NCBI GenBank assembly: GCA_951406725.2
Contig: OX597821.1
Span: 41,912,001 to 41,976,000, forward strand
DNA: 64,000 bases
Direction of reading: 5' to 3'
Source: Octopus vulgaris
Lineage: Eukaryota
Shown: in pieces, positions 52,803 through 64,000 of the stretch
Layout: each line of letters starts with the position of its first letter
Position numbering within the stretch: position 1 is the first letter of the stretch
Notes under the pieces: model-generated
Told to the model about the DNA's origin: nothing
What the model saw: only the letters and a program-made list of their open reading frames with translations
The model's database searches: none
Made by a program: the position numbers and the translations under genes

Positions 52803-53172
52803 GTAGGAGTGACTGTGTGGTAAGTAGCTTGCTTAAGAAGCACAAGGTTCTGGGTTCAGTCCCACTGCGTGGCACCTTGGGCAAGTGTCTTCTACTATAG
52901 CCTTGTGAGTGGATTTGGTAGACGGAAACTGAAAGAAGCCCGTCGTATATATGTATATGTATATATATGTGTGTGTGTTTGTCCCCCCCCAACATCGCTT
53001 GACAACCGATGCTGGTGTGTTCACGTCCCCGTTACTTAGCGGTTCGGCAAAAGTTCCGATAGAATAAGTACAAGGCTTACAAAGAATAAGTCCTGGGGTC
53101 GATTTGCTCGACTAAAGGCGGTGTTGTAGCATGGCCGCAGTCAAATGACTGAGACAAGTAAAAGAGTAAAAG
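52799..53172 (+). mobile_element. SINE family C
   Basis: Full head to GTAAAAGAGTAAAAG tail. Confidence 0.85.
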
Positions 53173-53490
53173 AGAGAGAGTGTATATACATACATAAGAA
53201 TAAAAGAATATACATACATATATATTTATATAAACATACATACATACATACATACATTCATATACACATTCATATATATATATATACACATATATATACA
53301 CATACATATACACATTCATATATATACATATATACATTCATACACACATATATATATTTATTTACCTAACCACCCCAGTATTTAGTTTTTAAGCTCAGGT
53401 CTATATTCCACTTGGTGTTCTTTTACCGAACCGATAAAGTTCAGGGATGTAATGAAACCCGCACCGGTTGTTAAGCTCTGCGTGGATTAT

Positions 53491-53538
<48 letters not shown>

Positions 53539-53639
53539 ACAGGGTTTCCACCAACCAAATTCACTGAGAGTGCATTGGTCGGCTTGGGGCTACAGTAGAA
53601 GTAACTTAAAATTGTTTATGTTTTAATAAAATATAATAT

Positions 53640-53872
53640 ATATTTCTTTACTACCCATAAGGGGCTAAACACAGAGGGGACAAACAAGGACAGACAAACG
53701 GATTAAGTCGATTATATCGACCCCAGTGCGTAACTGGTACTTAATTTATCGACCCCGAAAGGATAAAAGGCTAAGTCGACCTCGGCGGAATTTGAACCCA
53801 GGACGCAGCGGTAGACGAAATACGGCTACGCATTTCGCCCGGCGTGCTAACGATTCTACCAGCTCGCCGCCT
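53640..53872 (-). mobile_element. SINE family A
   Basis: Full head to tail. Confidence 0.85.
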
Positions 53873-54480
53873 TTATAATATAATATTATATAATATAATT
53901 TTGCAAATAATGTTTCTGCAAAATAGCTAAATTCTAACAACAAAGAATACGGCAATTCCGAGATTGTAAGACATGACATTCGTTCAAAGTGCGACGCTAC
54001 GGAATCGAACCTAGAACTACATGATTGCGAAATTCAACTTCTTAACTACACAGCTGTTAAACTTGCCGACGTAATTAGGAATAAATTAGTCACAGAAAGC
54101 TAATGTTATCGTTTTCTCACTACATATAAGTGTTCCTAATTAGATCGTATTTAAGACTCACCACATTAAATGCGTTAACACTAGCTTAATTTTCAAGTCT
54201 GAGATCGTTTAGAGATAAAATTGTTTTAGATCTTATTTCGTATTAGACACGATTGAATGCCTGAACTGGTTATCTATTGACCCAGCTATCATAATAAAGC
54301 TGCAACTTACTCGTCTGTTGAATGTGTTTTGTTTTAATGCTATACAGTACTATATACATTATATAATCTAGCATAGAATATATCTATAGGTTACAGAGAA
54401 CAATTTATGCAAACAGATATAAACGACTTGTCTTTTTATGTATAATATAGAGCGTGATACCAGTGTTTTGTTAAAATGTT

Positions 54481-54587
54481 ATATGCCCAGGGGCATATGA
54501 CGTAGTGGTTAAGAGCGCGAGCTACTAACCCCAAGATTCCGAGTTCGATTCCAAGCAGTGACCTAAACACTAATAATAATAATAATG

Positions 54588-54638
<51 letters not shown>

Positions 54639-54822
54639 GTAATAATAACATCGAAAAATACCTTAGGAATGAGAACCCAGGTTCGAAATTTCCCCAAGAC
54701 ACCTGATGAAGGCTGGAGGGTATATCAGCCGAAACGTTATGCTAACAACAAACAAGATGAGGACAAATATCCGTCGAATGTAAATAATGTACATAATTCC
54801 TCATCTCTTAAATATAGAACTG
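54481..54822 (+). mobile_element. Family H HHR-SINE, copy 3 (HHR 54698-54743)
   Basis: 5' micro-palindrome ATATGCCC-AG-GGGCATAT, tRNA head, (AAT)n, HHR with partly mutated helix I. Possible TSD TGTTATA. Confidence 0.85.
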
Positions 54823-54921
54823 TTATACTCTTTCCGAGAAAGTGTGTATCTGTGTGTATTGTGTGCGTGTTTATATACTACACATATATATGGTATACAT
54901 TTCTACATATGTATATATGTG

Positions 54922-55050
54922 TGTCATTATTCAGTTTATTTCAAGATTTCTTACCAATAGAGAAAGAACCGGTTTCTAACCTAGATCCAAGGTTCCTTCA
55001 TGGCAATTTCAACATCAACAACAGGGTATTTTTGTTAGTATGTATGTATG

Positions 55051-55080
<30 letters not shown>
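54922..55080 (-). mobile_element. R4/Dong-like LINE 3'UTR end
   Basis: Reverse complement of 24960-25090. Confidence 0.75.
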
Positions 55081-55081
<1 letters not shown>

Positions 55082-56616
55082 CCTAGTACAACCCCATCAA
55101 GCTTGCTTGGTAAGGACGAAAACTAAGTTCTGTCAAAGGACGGAAGAGCTCATGAGTAGTCAACGGCCATCCAACAATATGTATGCATGTATATATGCGC
55201 GAGGACGTGGAAATACTTGGGTTGGTGTCCAGACGCGCGGTTGGCCCATTGGGAGTGGGAGGCCCTCTTTTATTGTCACAACATCTGTCTAAGAGAGAGG
55301 AAACTCTGAGAGAAAACTTGCGACACTAACTATATTCGATGATGTAGGCTAGGTCTTCTTTTCGATTTTATGTTGTCCATGTTCAGAGAGTGGGGCTGTA
55401 TTTGTGCAAATCTTTTCCCCACTATAAAACAAGAAATCATCATGCATCGCTGGAAAAAATGTAAGACAAGACCTATCACGAAAATCGGTGGTCATAGCCT
55501 TCGCATGTCTGGACTGTCAATCAGGCGATGGCAATACTCGAACACGAGTTTGCATCCATCATGTATGTATGATCAAGGCCTTACGATTTGGAATGACAAA
55601 CTGGGATACTAATATCAACGTCAGCACACCTTTTCGACAAATTCTGCACGGACGAAAGACACAAATGATCTATTACGTATTTACAGACAAAAGATACACC
55701 ACAGCATTATCAAGTCACATATGGTACTTGAGTGATTAGAACATCTGTATCTTTAACATCATCTAGTCTACATTTCACTCGGTAATAAAAACACTTCTCG
55801 ATCATGTTGTAGTCTTAAATGGGTTTAAACGCAAGGGTTGCATTTAGGAGTTTCAATGCAACTCTTATTTTCTCCTTAGTCTCGCTTTAAGATGTGTCTC
55901 ACTGCAAGTTCCAAGCTCATCCTATACTTTTTCTCTATTGGAGAGCTACACAGATATCCGGGTAACTAAAACTAAAGTTGTTTTCCCTCCTTCCATTTTC
56001 TTATCGGCGAAACCGTTCAAAATGTTGTCGCTTCTATAATGGTGGAAAATATATCAATACCACCAAAGTGAATATAAAATGAGAATTAATTTTTAAGTTC
56101 CATCAAGAAAAGAAGTTCATTCTTTCTAACCCCCAACAGAATACTGAACAAAAGTAAAAGCAGATAACCTAAAACAGTGAAACGCATGAAGCACCACCCG
56201 ACCAAAAGAGCTACTCACTCCACCAGCCAATCCTGTCTGTGGAATGCTGGAAAATACAAATATGAAACTCGGAGTAATGAAGTGTTGTAAGCTGGAATTA
56301 TAAACCTATACGCTTAATATTTATGAAAGCTAGTGTGTTTTCACCGTACGTAATAACACAAAAACTCACTAAAATCTACCTATATAATACCTCCACTCAT
56401 AATACATAGATACATACGTACGCACACGTACACAAATACTTACATACAAACACACGCGCACGCACACAAGTCAGCCTTTTCTTCTTCCAGCTGTTACAAT
56501 CATGGTTGCACCACTGGGTGATGGAAGGCCAATGAAACTGTTAGCAAAAAGCATGGTACACGTTGATACTGGGTCATACCTAGCAGTGGGTAGTAGCCGT
56601 CATATATTTAAAATAA

Positions 56617-56820
56617 TATATATATACATACATATATACACATATATATACACATATATACACATATATACACACACATATATATATATATATACACATA
56701 TATACATATATCTATGCACATATATATATATATAAAACTATACATGTGTGTATAACATATGTGTATATCTATGTATATATGTGTGTATATATATATATAT
56801 TTATATATATATATGTATAG

Positions 56821-56855
<35 letters not shown>

Positions 56856-57013
56856 TATACATATATATATAAATATATATATACACATATTATACACACA
56901 TATATATACATATATATATATATATACACACACACGCACGCACACACATATATATAGATGCACACATATATATACGCACACATATATATATACACACACA
57001 TATACGCCGCGCT

Positions 57014-57050
<37 letters not shown>

Positions 57051-57080
57051 TCACACACACACACACACACACACACATAC
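56617..57080. repeat. (TA)n/(CA)n compound array
   Basis: Direct inspection. Confidence 0.93.
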
Positions 57081-57281
57081 CGGTGAGAAGAATCGTTTCT
57101 ATGCACACCTACTGACAAGTAACAGATTGTAATGAAATCTTAAACTCCAACGTTTTGTTCTCGCTTTTTTCTGTGTGAGTTAACAAAGGAAAGAACAGAA
57201 TGTCTTTAAGATCGATGTTGCAATATTTTTCCGTTTGATGATTGGTGTGTGCATGCGTGTCCGTGTGTGTGTGGGCGGGTG

Positions 57282-58166
57282 TTCAGTTTATTTCAATATT
57301 TCTTGCCAATAGAGAAGGAGCCAGTTTCTAACCTAGATCCAAGGTTCCTTCATTGGAATTTCAACATCAACAACACAGTATTTGTCTATGTATGTATGTA
57401 ATAGTGGAGGCGCAATGGCCCAGTGGTTAGGGCAGCGGACTCGCGGTCATAGGATCGCGGTTTCGATTCCCAGACCGGGCGTTGTGAGTGTTTATTGAGC
57501 GAAAACACCTAAAGCTCCACGAGGTTCCGGCAGGGGATGGTGGTGATCCCTGCTGTACTCTTTCACCACAACTTTCTCTCACTCTTACTTCCTGTTTCTG
57601 TTGTACCTGTATTTCAAAGGGCCGGCCTTGTCACTCTCTGTGTCAAGCTGAATATCCCCGAAAACTACGTTAAGGGTACACGTGTCTGTGGAGTGCTCAA
57701 CCACTTACACGTTAATTTCACGAGCAGGCTGTTCCATTGATTCGGATCAACCGGAACCCTCATCGTCGTAACCAACGGAGTGCTTCCATCCACTCTCATG
57801 TATATAGTTGCGTATCTAAACATGCTAATATATATTTTAAATGATAAACTTCAGGAAAGTTTTACAGATTCTTACAGTTCCAGTGATGGATTGGATCTGT
57901 AGTCTTCGAATCAGCTTTCTCCTTTCTGGTTTTGAGAAGCCTAATTTCTCAAGATTGATATTTAGGTAGTGTGTTTCATATCCCAGAGCCCTAATAATTA
58001 CAGGTATAAACCTGAACTTGTAATCTGGATAGAGTAACTGCAGATTTCTTAATAGTTCAACATAGGTATTCTCTTTTTCACTCATCTTAAGCTTTATGTT
58101 AACATCCGCTGGGCAGCTAATTTCCACAACTGTGCACAGTTTCTCTTCTCTATCCCAAATCATTAT
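57282..58166 (-). mobile_element. R4/Dong-like LINE 3' end (REL endonuclease ORF 57837-58163 plus 3'UTR), interrupted by a SINE
   Basis: IWDREEKLCTVVEISCPADVN...EKENTY..L..LYPDYKFRFIPVII.ALG matches the PD-(D/E)xK-type REL C-terminus of early-branching LINEs. Confidence 0.8.
57404..57790 (+). mobile_element. Full-length SINE family B nested in the LINE 3'UTR
   Basis: tRNA-Arg-like head (TCG at the anticodon position) and complete tail. Confidence 0.88.
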
Positions 58167-59047
58167 GTATGTATATATGTATGTAAGTTTATAATATTGT
58201 TGTAGCGCCCATGTCTTCTTTTCAGAACTTTTACCAGACTGTCACTGAAACTCTAACATCCTGGCACGACTTTCAACAACCTCACGATATTTTACTCATA
58301 TCAAGGAATCTAACATGACCTCACCCTTATCGTGAATTATAGAGCAAAATCCCTCAAAACCAGGGCTCCGAACCAGGAATTGCTTCGGTTCTAATCAGTT
58401 GCTGACTCACAAAGGTAAACAAATAGTCACGCAGGCAGGTGTGGATTACACTTCTCCCGTCACCCTTACTTGTCCCTCCACCCTAAATCCTTTCCCCCCT
58501 TAAAACATCTAATCCAGACCCCCAAATGCTCTCTGGATTTCGACCCTCCATATTGCAAACCCGCCCACGTTTTTTGCAACGGGTGTTAAAACTGAACAGC
58601 CAGATCTTTCTCAAAGCTCAGAAAGAACCTACAAAATTCAAAATTCTTGGCACCAGTCCTTCCTTTCTTCCTTCCTTCCTTCTCTGAAACTCACTCCTCG
58701 ATCATTCCATACCCTCTGGTGTTGACTTTTAATGATTCACGATATACATTAACATTCTAGGAGAGTCTGTGAATGCTATGGGCCCTGTCCCTTCCTGCTA
58801 ACCCAACAAGCGAATGGTCACTGTCTCTCGCTTCCCTTTGACCATCTCACTGTAAGAGGTATTCAACTGGGGATATTTATACTCTTGAACACACCAGATC
58901 GTAGTTACCGTTTAGCAGGAACTTCAAGCTTACTCTTCCCTCAATACCTCTGGTAATTGCTGCTCTGTTTAACCCTAGGTCGACATAGATTCAACAGACG
59001 TATGATCTATAGTATTCCAACTATGACAACCTCGCCTTTCTTACAAC

Positions 59048-59215
59048 GGATGTGAAGTTAAGAAGTTTGCTTCCCGACTACATGGTCCCGGGTTCAGTCC
59101 CACTGCGTGACACCTTGAGCAACTGATTTCTACTATAGCCTCGGACCAAAGCCTTGGGAGTAGATTTCGTAGAGAGAAACTGAAAGAAGCCCGTCGTGTG
59201 TATATGTATATATAC

Positions 59216-59249
<34 letters not shown>

Positions 59250-59250
59250 T
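59048..59250 (+). mobile_element. 5' half of SINE family C
   Basis: B-box and CORE-like motif, then microsatellite. Confidence 0.7.
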
Positions 59251-59340
59251 GTCATTAGGGAATATTACTTCCGGGTACACAGGAAAAAGACATTCAAATT
59301 AGATGTACTAAGATGAACATCTCTCAATGTTTAATTCGTA

Positions 59341-59692
59341 TATATAAAAGTAGTTTTAGAGACAGAACCCCCTTCAACTCAATCAACACTGAAAGATTTT
59401 ATACCCGACCACACCATAAAATGTTAAATATTAAATATTATACTAACTAAATCTATACTGAATCCTGTATTTTCCGTTTATAAGACGACACGTGTTTCAT
59501 GATACCTCGTATCTAACCAATACCGACGTACTTTCATGAAACACGTGTAGTCTTTATAAACGGAAAATACAGGATTCAGAATAGATATAGCTAGTATAAG
59601 ATTTAATTCTTAACGTTTTATGGAGTGGTCGGGTATAAAACGTTTCAGTATTGATTGAGTTGAAGGGGGTTCTAAAATTACTTTTACATATA
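59341..59692. mobile_element. Fold-back element with inverted arms of about 160 bp bearing hammerhead 3' halves
   Basis: Arms 59341-59502 and 59534-59692; each begins CATGAAACACGTGT(C/A)GTC. TA runs outside. Confidence 0.75.
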
Positions 59693-59712
59693 TGTATATG
59701 TATATATATATA

Positions 59713-60098
59713 CTAGCAGTATCGCCCGGCGTTGCTCGGGTTTGTAAGGGAAATAACTGTATAAGCATTTTTAGAGATGTAAAGTATAATAGCCATCTCA
59801 ATATGGCTAACCACAAAGGGGGTAGTGTTACTGTAGCTTTTTACGTTCTGAGATTTAATAATACATTTTTAGAGAGTTACTTCCCTTATATAATAGCAAA
59901 AAAATGCATTAATAATGGGAAAAAATTGTGGTAAATTTTTTTTTAAATCGTAGACTCGCGCTAATACCCAGAAGGGCTCGATATGAATCACGACTATAAG
60001 ATACCCGCTTTTGGTTACACTGCACCGCAAAATGTGGGAGTAGTTAGGAATCTAAATCGTAGGAGACAGACACACAACTTCACTTTTATATATAAAGA
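59713..60098 (-). mobile_element. Complete non-autonomous Helitron
   Basis: A|TCTTTATATATAAAAG 5' end; subterminal hairpin CCCGAGCAACGCCGGG; CTAG|T 3' end; no TSD. Confidence 0.88.
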
Positions 60099-60099
60099 T

Positions 60100-60320
60100 A
60101 TGGCGTGTATGTGTGCGTGCGTGTGTGTATCGTATCCACCACGGCTTGACAATCGGTATTGGTTTATGTGCCCATAACTTAGCGGTTCGGCAAAAGACAC
60201 GGAGAGAATAAATACTAGACTTTAAAATATTAGTACTGGAGTTGGTTTATTCCACTGAAACCCTTCAAAGCGATGCCCCAGCATGGTCCGATAACTGAAA
60301 CAAATAACAAAAGAAAAAGA
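60100..60320 (+). mobile_element. 3' half of SINE family C
   Basis: Tail motifs. Confidence 0.65.
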
Positions 60321-60489
60321 AAAGACCTGCTCTTCCTTTTTTAAGGTGATAGTGCTTGGTTTGCGGAAGAATTGGCTGATATTTCTAACAGGCCCGGTGA
60401 CCCTTAGAGTTTCCCTCGATACATTGTTATAGATATTGTTTAGCCCCAGGTTAATTTACTTTCATTTTTTAAAACCCCTATACTGCATA

Positions 60490-60897
60490 TCTATTTCTTT
60501 ATTGCCCACAAGGAGCTAAACATAGAGAGGACAAACAAGGATTAAGTCGATTACATCGACCCCAGTGCGTAACTGGTACTTATTTAATCGACCCCGAAAG
60601 GATGAAAGGCAAAGTCGACCTCGGCGGAATTTAAACTCAGAATGTAACGGCAGATGAAGTACCTATTTCTTTATTACCCACAAGGGGCTAAACACAGAGG
60701 GGACAAACAAGGACAGACATAGGTATTAAGTCGATTACATCGACCCCAGTGCGTAACTGGTACTTATTTAATCGACCCCGAAAGGATGAAAGACAAAGTC
60801 GACCTCGGCGAAATTTGAACTCAGAACGTAACGGCAGACGAAGTACCGCTAGGCATTTCGTCCGGCGTGCTAACGGTTCTGCCAGCTCGCCGCCTTA
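60490..60897 (-). mobile_element. SINE family A head-to-tail dimer
   Basis: Junction GTACCTATTTCTTT at about 60659. Confidence 0.88.
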
Positions 60898-61429
60898 ACC
60901 CACTTCGTGTTGAAATTTTTATCGTGAATGAAATTGCTTGAAAATTCACAGATACTGTTATTTTGACCTAAATAGCTACTGAAAAAATTTCACTGAAATC
61001 CGTTTGATACAGACTGCATACGTGTTAAGAACATTTTCATTCTTTGATACAAATCATACACAAATCACAATTTATATCAAGTATTTGTTTTATACCTTTA
61101 TAAATAAAGTGTCAGTTTAAACAGACGATCGGTTTGCATGGGTTAAACTGCATACTAACCTAATTATATAGCCCCGAGTACACTACACAAAGAGAAAAAA
61201 GTATAGAACATAAGATAGTCACGACTGGACTCTTTTATATGTCTGCTTGAAAACAAGTTAACTTAAAAGAACAACCATCTACAACAACAGTCGGCTGGTG
61301 ACATCATAGTGACATCAACGTAAAGAAATAGCTGATTGTTTGCCTCCGTTTATTAATATCAACATTTTCTCACCTTCATTCGGTGACGTCAGAACCAGTT
61401 GTTAAATTTGTGAGTCGAGTCAAAAGCTC

Positions 61430-61590
61430 ACAGGTTGAATCGTTAAAGCAACGGGAAAATGTGTTGCGGAATGTTTTCCAATGTTTTGCGTTCTGAGTTG
61501 AAATCTCACCAAGGCGAACTTTGTCCCTTTTCCCTCCGAGGTCGTTCAAAGTATCAGCCAAGTGCAGGAGTCGACGTAATCGATTAAATC
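61430..61590 (+). mobile_element. Old degenerate SINE family A
   Basis: GCGTTCTGAGTTGAAATCTCACCAAGGCGAACTTTG...GAGGTCG remnants; similar relics at about 63040-63400 (minus). Confidence 0.5.
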
Positions 61591-61716
61591 CCTTTACGTC
61601 TAAATCAGAAACAGTATAATATGAAAGAAGGTGTATATCTCAGGGGCGCCTTATGGAATACGAGTCCAAAAACTTCGACTCATTGAGATTATCTACGCAA
61701 CTCATAGACTAAAGCT

Positions 61717-61755
<39 letters not shown>

Positions 61756-62255
61756 TGTGTGTATGTGAGTGAGTGAATGAGTGAGTGAGTGAGTGAGTGG
61801 GTGAGTGTGTGTGTGTGTGTGTGTGTGTATATGTTTGTGTGTGCGCGCGTGCGCGCGTATGTTTAAAAATCTACAATTTAGCGAAGGGAAATAACTAACG
61901 TAGGAAAAGTTGTCGAATCTGTACATAATGCATTACGGAGTGGTTATCTCCTCCTCAGCATCAGATACCGGAACGGAGACTGCTAGGACCTGACAAGGGA
62001 TGGATATTTCTATATTCCTGTCATCGTACTGTGTGAGTGGTTGCACTAATCAGTGGCTTGCTGTAAATAAAATACAGAGTAGAGGCACCAAGCAGTGATG
62101 AGAACAAATCTAAACTTGCTTTCAGTCCAAATATGTTTCACGTATATTTGAACCCGTAATAATAAAATCGCTATATTTTTTGTCATGGAGAAATTTTTTC
62201 ACTGTAGACAAATAGGTGTAAACACACCAAGTCAGTCCGAAATATGAATGTATGT

Positions 62256-62288
<33 letters not shown>

Positions 62289-64000
62289 CACACACATATA
62301 ATTTATTTATACAATTTGTGTGTTTATGTATGTAAACGCCTGTGCGGGTGGAGGTGCGTACATGCGAATTTTGGTAGATTATTTATTTATAGATAAACGT
62401 ATGAAGCGTGTGGGTGGCATGTGTGACAAACGAGATTAGTGCTAGGGCGGGGGAGAAGAGAGAAAGGAAATGTGTTACCTGTGCCCCGTCCAACCCCCGC
62501 TTTATCAACAACAAGGAAGACCTAAAGCGGGTTGCTATGTTATCGGTGACATTCAGATACCAGTGTACATTAAGAATTAGGAATTATGTAGATTTTCAGA
62601 TTAGAATGGGTAGCAGGGAATGGTAAGGCTACGAATTCCAACCTAAAGAAAACAACAAAAATACACAAAAGAAGCAGACCTGTTTAGAATTACTCAGGTT
62701 TAAAAAGTTCGGGGTGAGAATAGTGAATAGTTTGCTGTGAAATTTAGGAGTGTCTCGCATACATTAAAAAGATACTTTCAAAGAGTTTATTACTAAAGTA
62801 AATTCTGAAGAAAATAATTCATAATAAATTTGAAGAACAAAATATTGTTGTTAGTTGGACTATCCTAATTTTAATTCACACACACACACACACAAAATAC
62901 ATTTGACAATACAAATCCGCGCTGAGCAACAAACCGCCTTTTGTTAGAAATTCTCTTTGTACTTGTCTTTCATTTCCTATTTCACTCCACCATTGTACCA
63001 AATGAGTAAGCATTTAACCAGGAAAGCAAAACAATGGCTTGTGATTTAAGCACAAGGTCATCAGTCTTGGAAGGAGAATGTGGGATTGGTCGAAGCCATC
63101 GATCCCAGTACTTGACTGGTAACCATATTTTATAGAGTCCGGAGGCAAACTTGTTCTTGGTGAAAACTGAACACAGAATGTAAAAAGATGGAATAAATAT
63201 CGCAAGGCTTTTTGTTCGACGCTCTGCCGATTCTGCCAGCTCTCTGTCTTTAATGGTTTCTGATTTAGGCGCAAAACCAACAGTTCTGAGGGAGAGGGTT
63301 AACAATTGGTTGGAACAATTGTCCCCAGTACGCGACTGGGGACAATCGAGGGATAAATGGCAAAGTTGACCGATGCAGAATTTGAACTCGGAAGGTAAAA
63401 ATTCGGATTGGGAAGGTAGAACAATAAAACCTCAATGGCAAGTTATATGTTGGGCTAAAAATAATAATAATAAATTAAGATAAATGATGTAGTCCTCACA
63501 ACGGCATTGAAAGGAAAGTTCTTTTATAGCTGATCCCCAATAATCAAACCCTAATATGCCCCACCCCTAGCCCTTTTTTTGTAGTAATCGATCTCTGGGA
63601 CGCTGTCAATTCTCTCTTTTTTTTTTTTTTTTTTTTGTATTTTTAATGTCTTCTTCAGCTCACTGTCCAGACTGTTCGTAAGTTGTTACTACAGAACCGT
63701 ACCGCTGTGTATCATTGAGAATGTAAAAGTTAAGTTTTTATTGAAGAATGCTGGCATTAATATGAAAGGAGAAATTGAAAGTTGTGACATTCATGTCTTT
63801 TATGAATCCAATTTATTATCTATCAAAGTGAAACAACAGCCGAGAATCAGAACTAAATGGTAAATTCATCTGGTAAGAGAGATGACCTCCCGATTCTGGA
63901 AGTCTATAAAATATCGTCAATAAACATGTCAACGAAGAAAGGTAATATTTCATCAGACAGAGCAAATAATCATACGAGAGATCAGAGGGCAGGAATAAAT

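Noticed and set aside
55300-55620. Possible mariner C-terminal relic on the minus strand (VLP...SPD-like)
   Set aside because: Too degenerate to support by eye; needs tBLASTn or an HMM search.
58200-58900. Possible CR1/L2-type LINE relic (C-rich, LHIAN/SETH-like words)
   Set aside because: No continuous frame or convincing motif set.

Overview
AT-rich, repeat-saturated animal genomic DNA, intergenic or intronic. The SINE and microsatellite landscape resembles a cephalopod (octopus-like) genome; this is an inference. No intact host protein-coding gene is supported: almost all listed ORFs are microsatellite or SINE read-throughs. Recognisable content: (i) several tRNA-derived SINE families (Meta-domain-like, CORE-like with an internal microsatellite, tRNA-Arg-like); (ii) decayed Penelope-like elements (PLEs) with GIY-YIG remnants and pseudo-LTRs (pLTRs), mostly in (TA)n; (iii) R4/Dong-like REL-endonuclease LINE 3' ends; (iv) non-autonomous Helitrons, a Tigger/pogo deletion derivative, a mariner relic and a MITE; (v) large (TA)n, (CA)n, (TACA)n and (GAA)n arrays. 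The most striking signal is about 16 minimal type-I hammerhead ribozyme (HHR) motifs from about 7 repeat families, including core variants (U3-A8, A6U). One family is a tRNA-headed, Pol III-type SINE carrying a PLE-type HHR. It has a head-to-head inverted 5' end at all three loci, each inside one apparent target-site duplication (TSD), making it a candidate Penelope-mobilised ribozyme SINE. All alignments and folds were done by eye, so coordinates of decayed elements are approximate.
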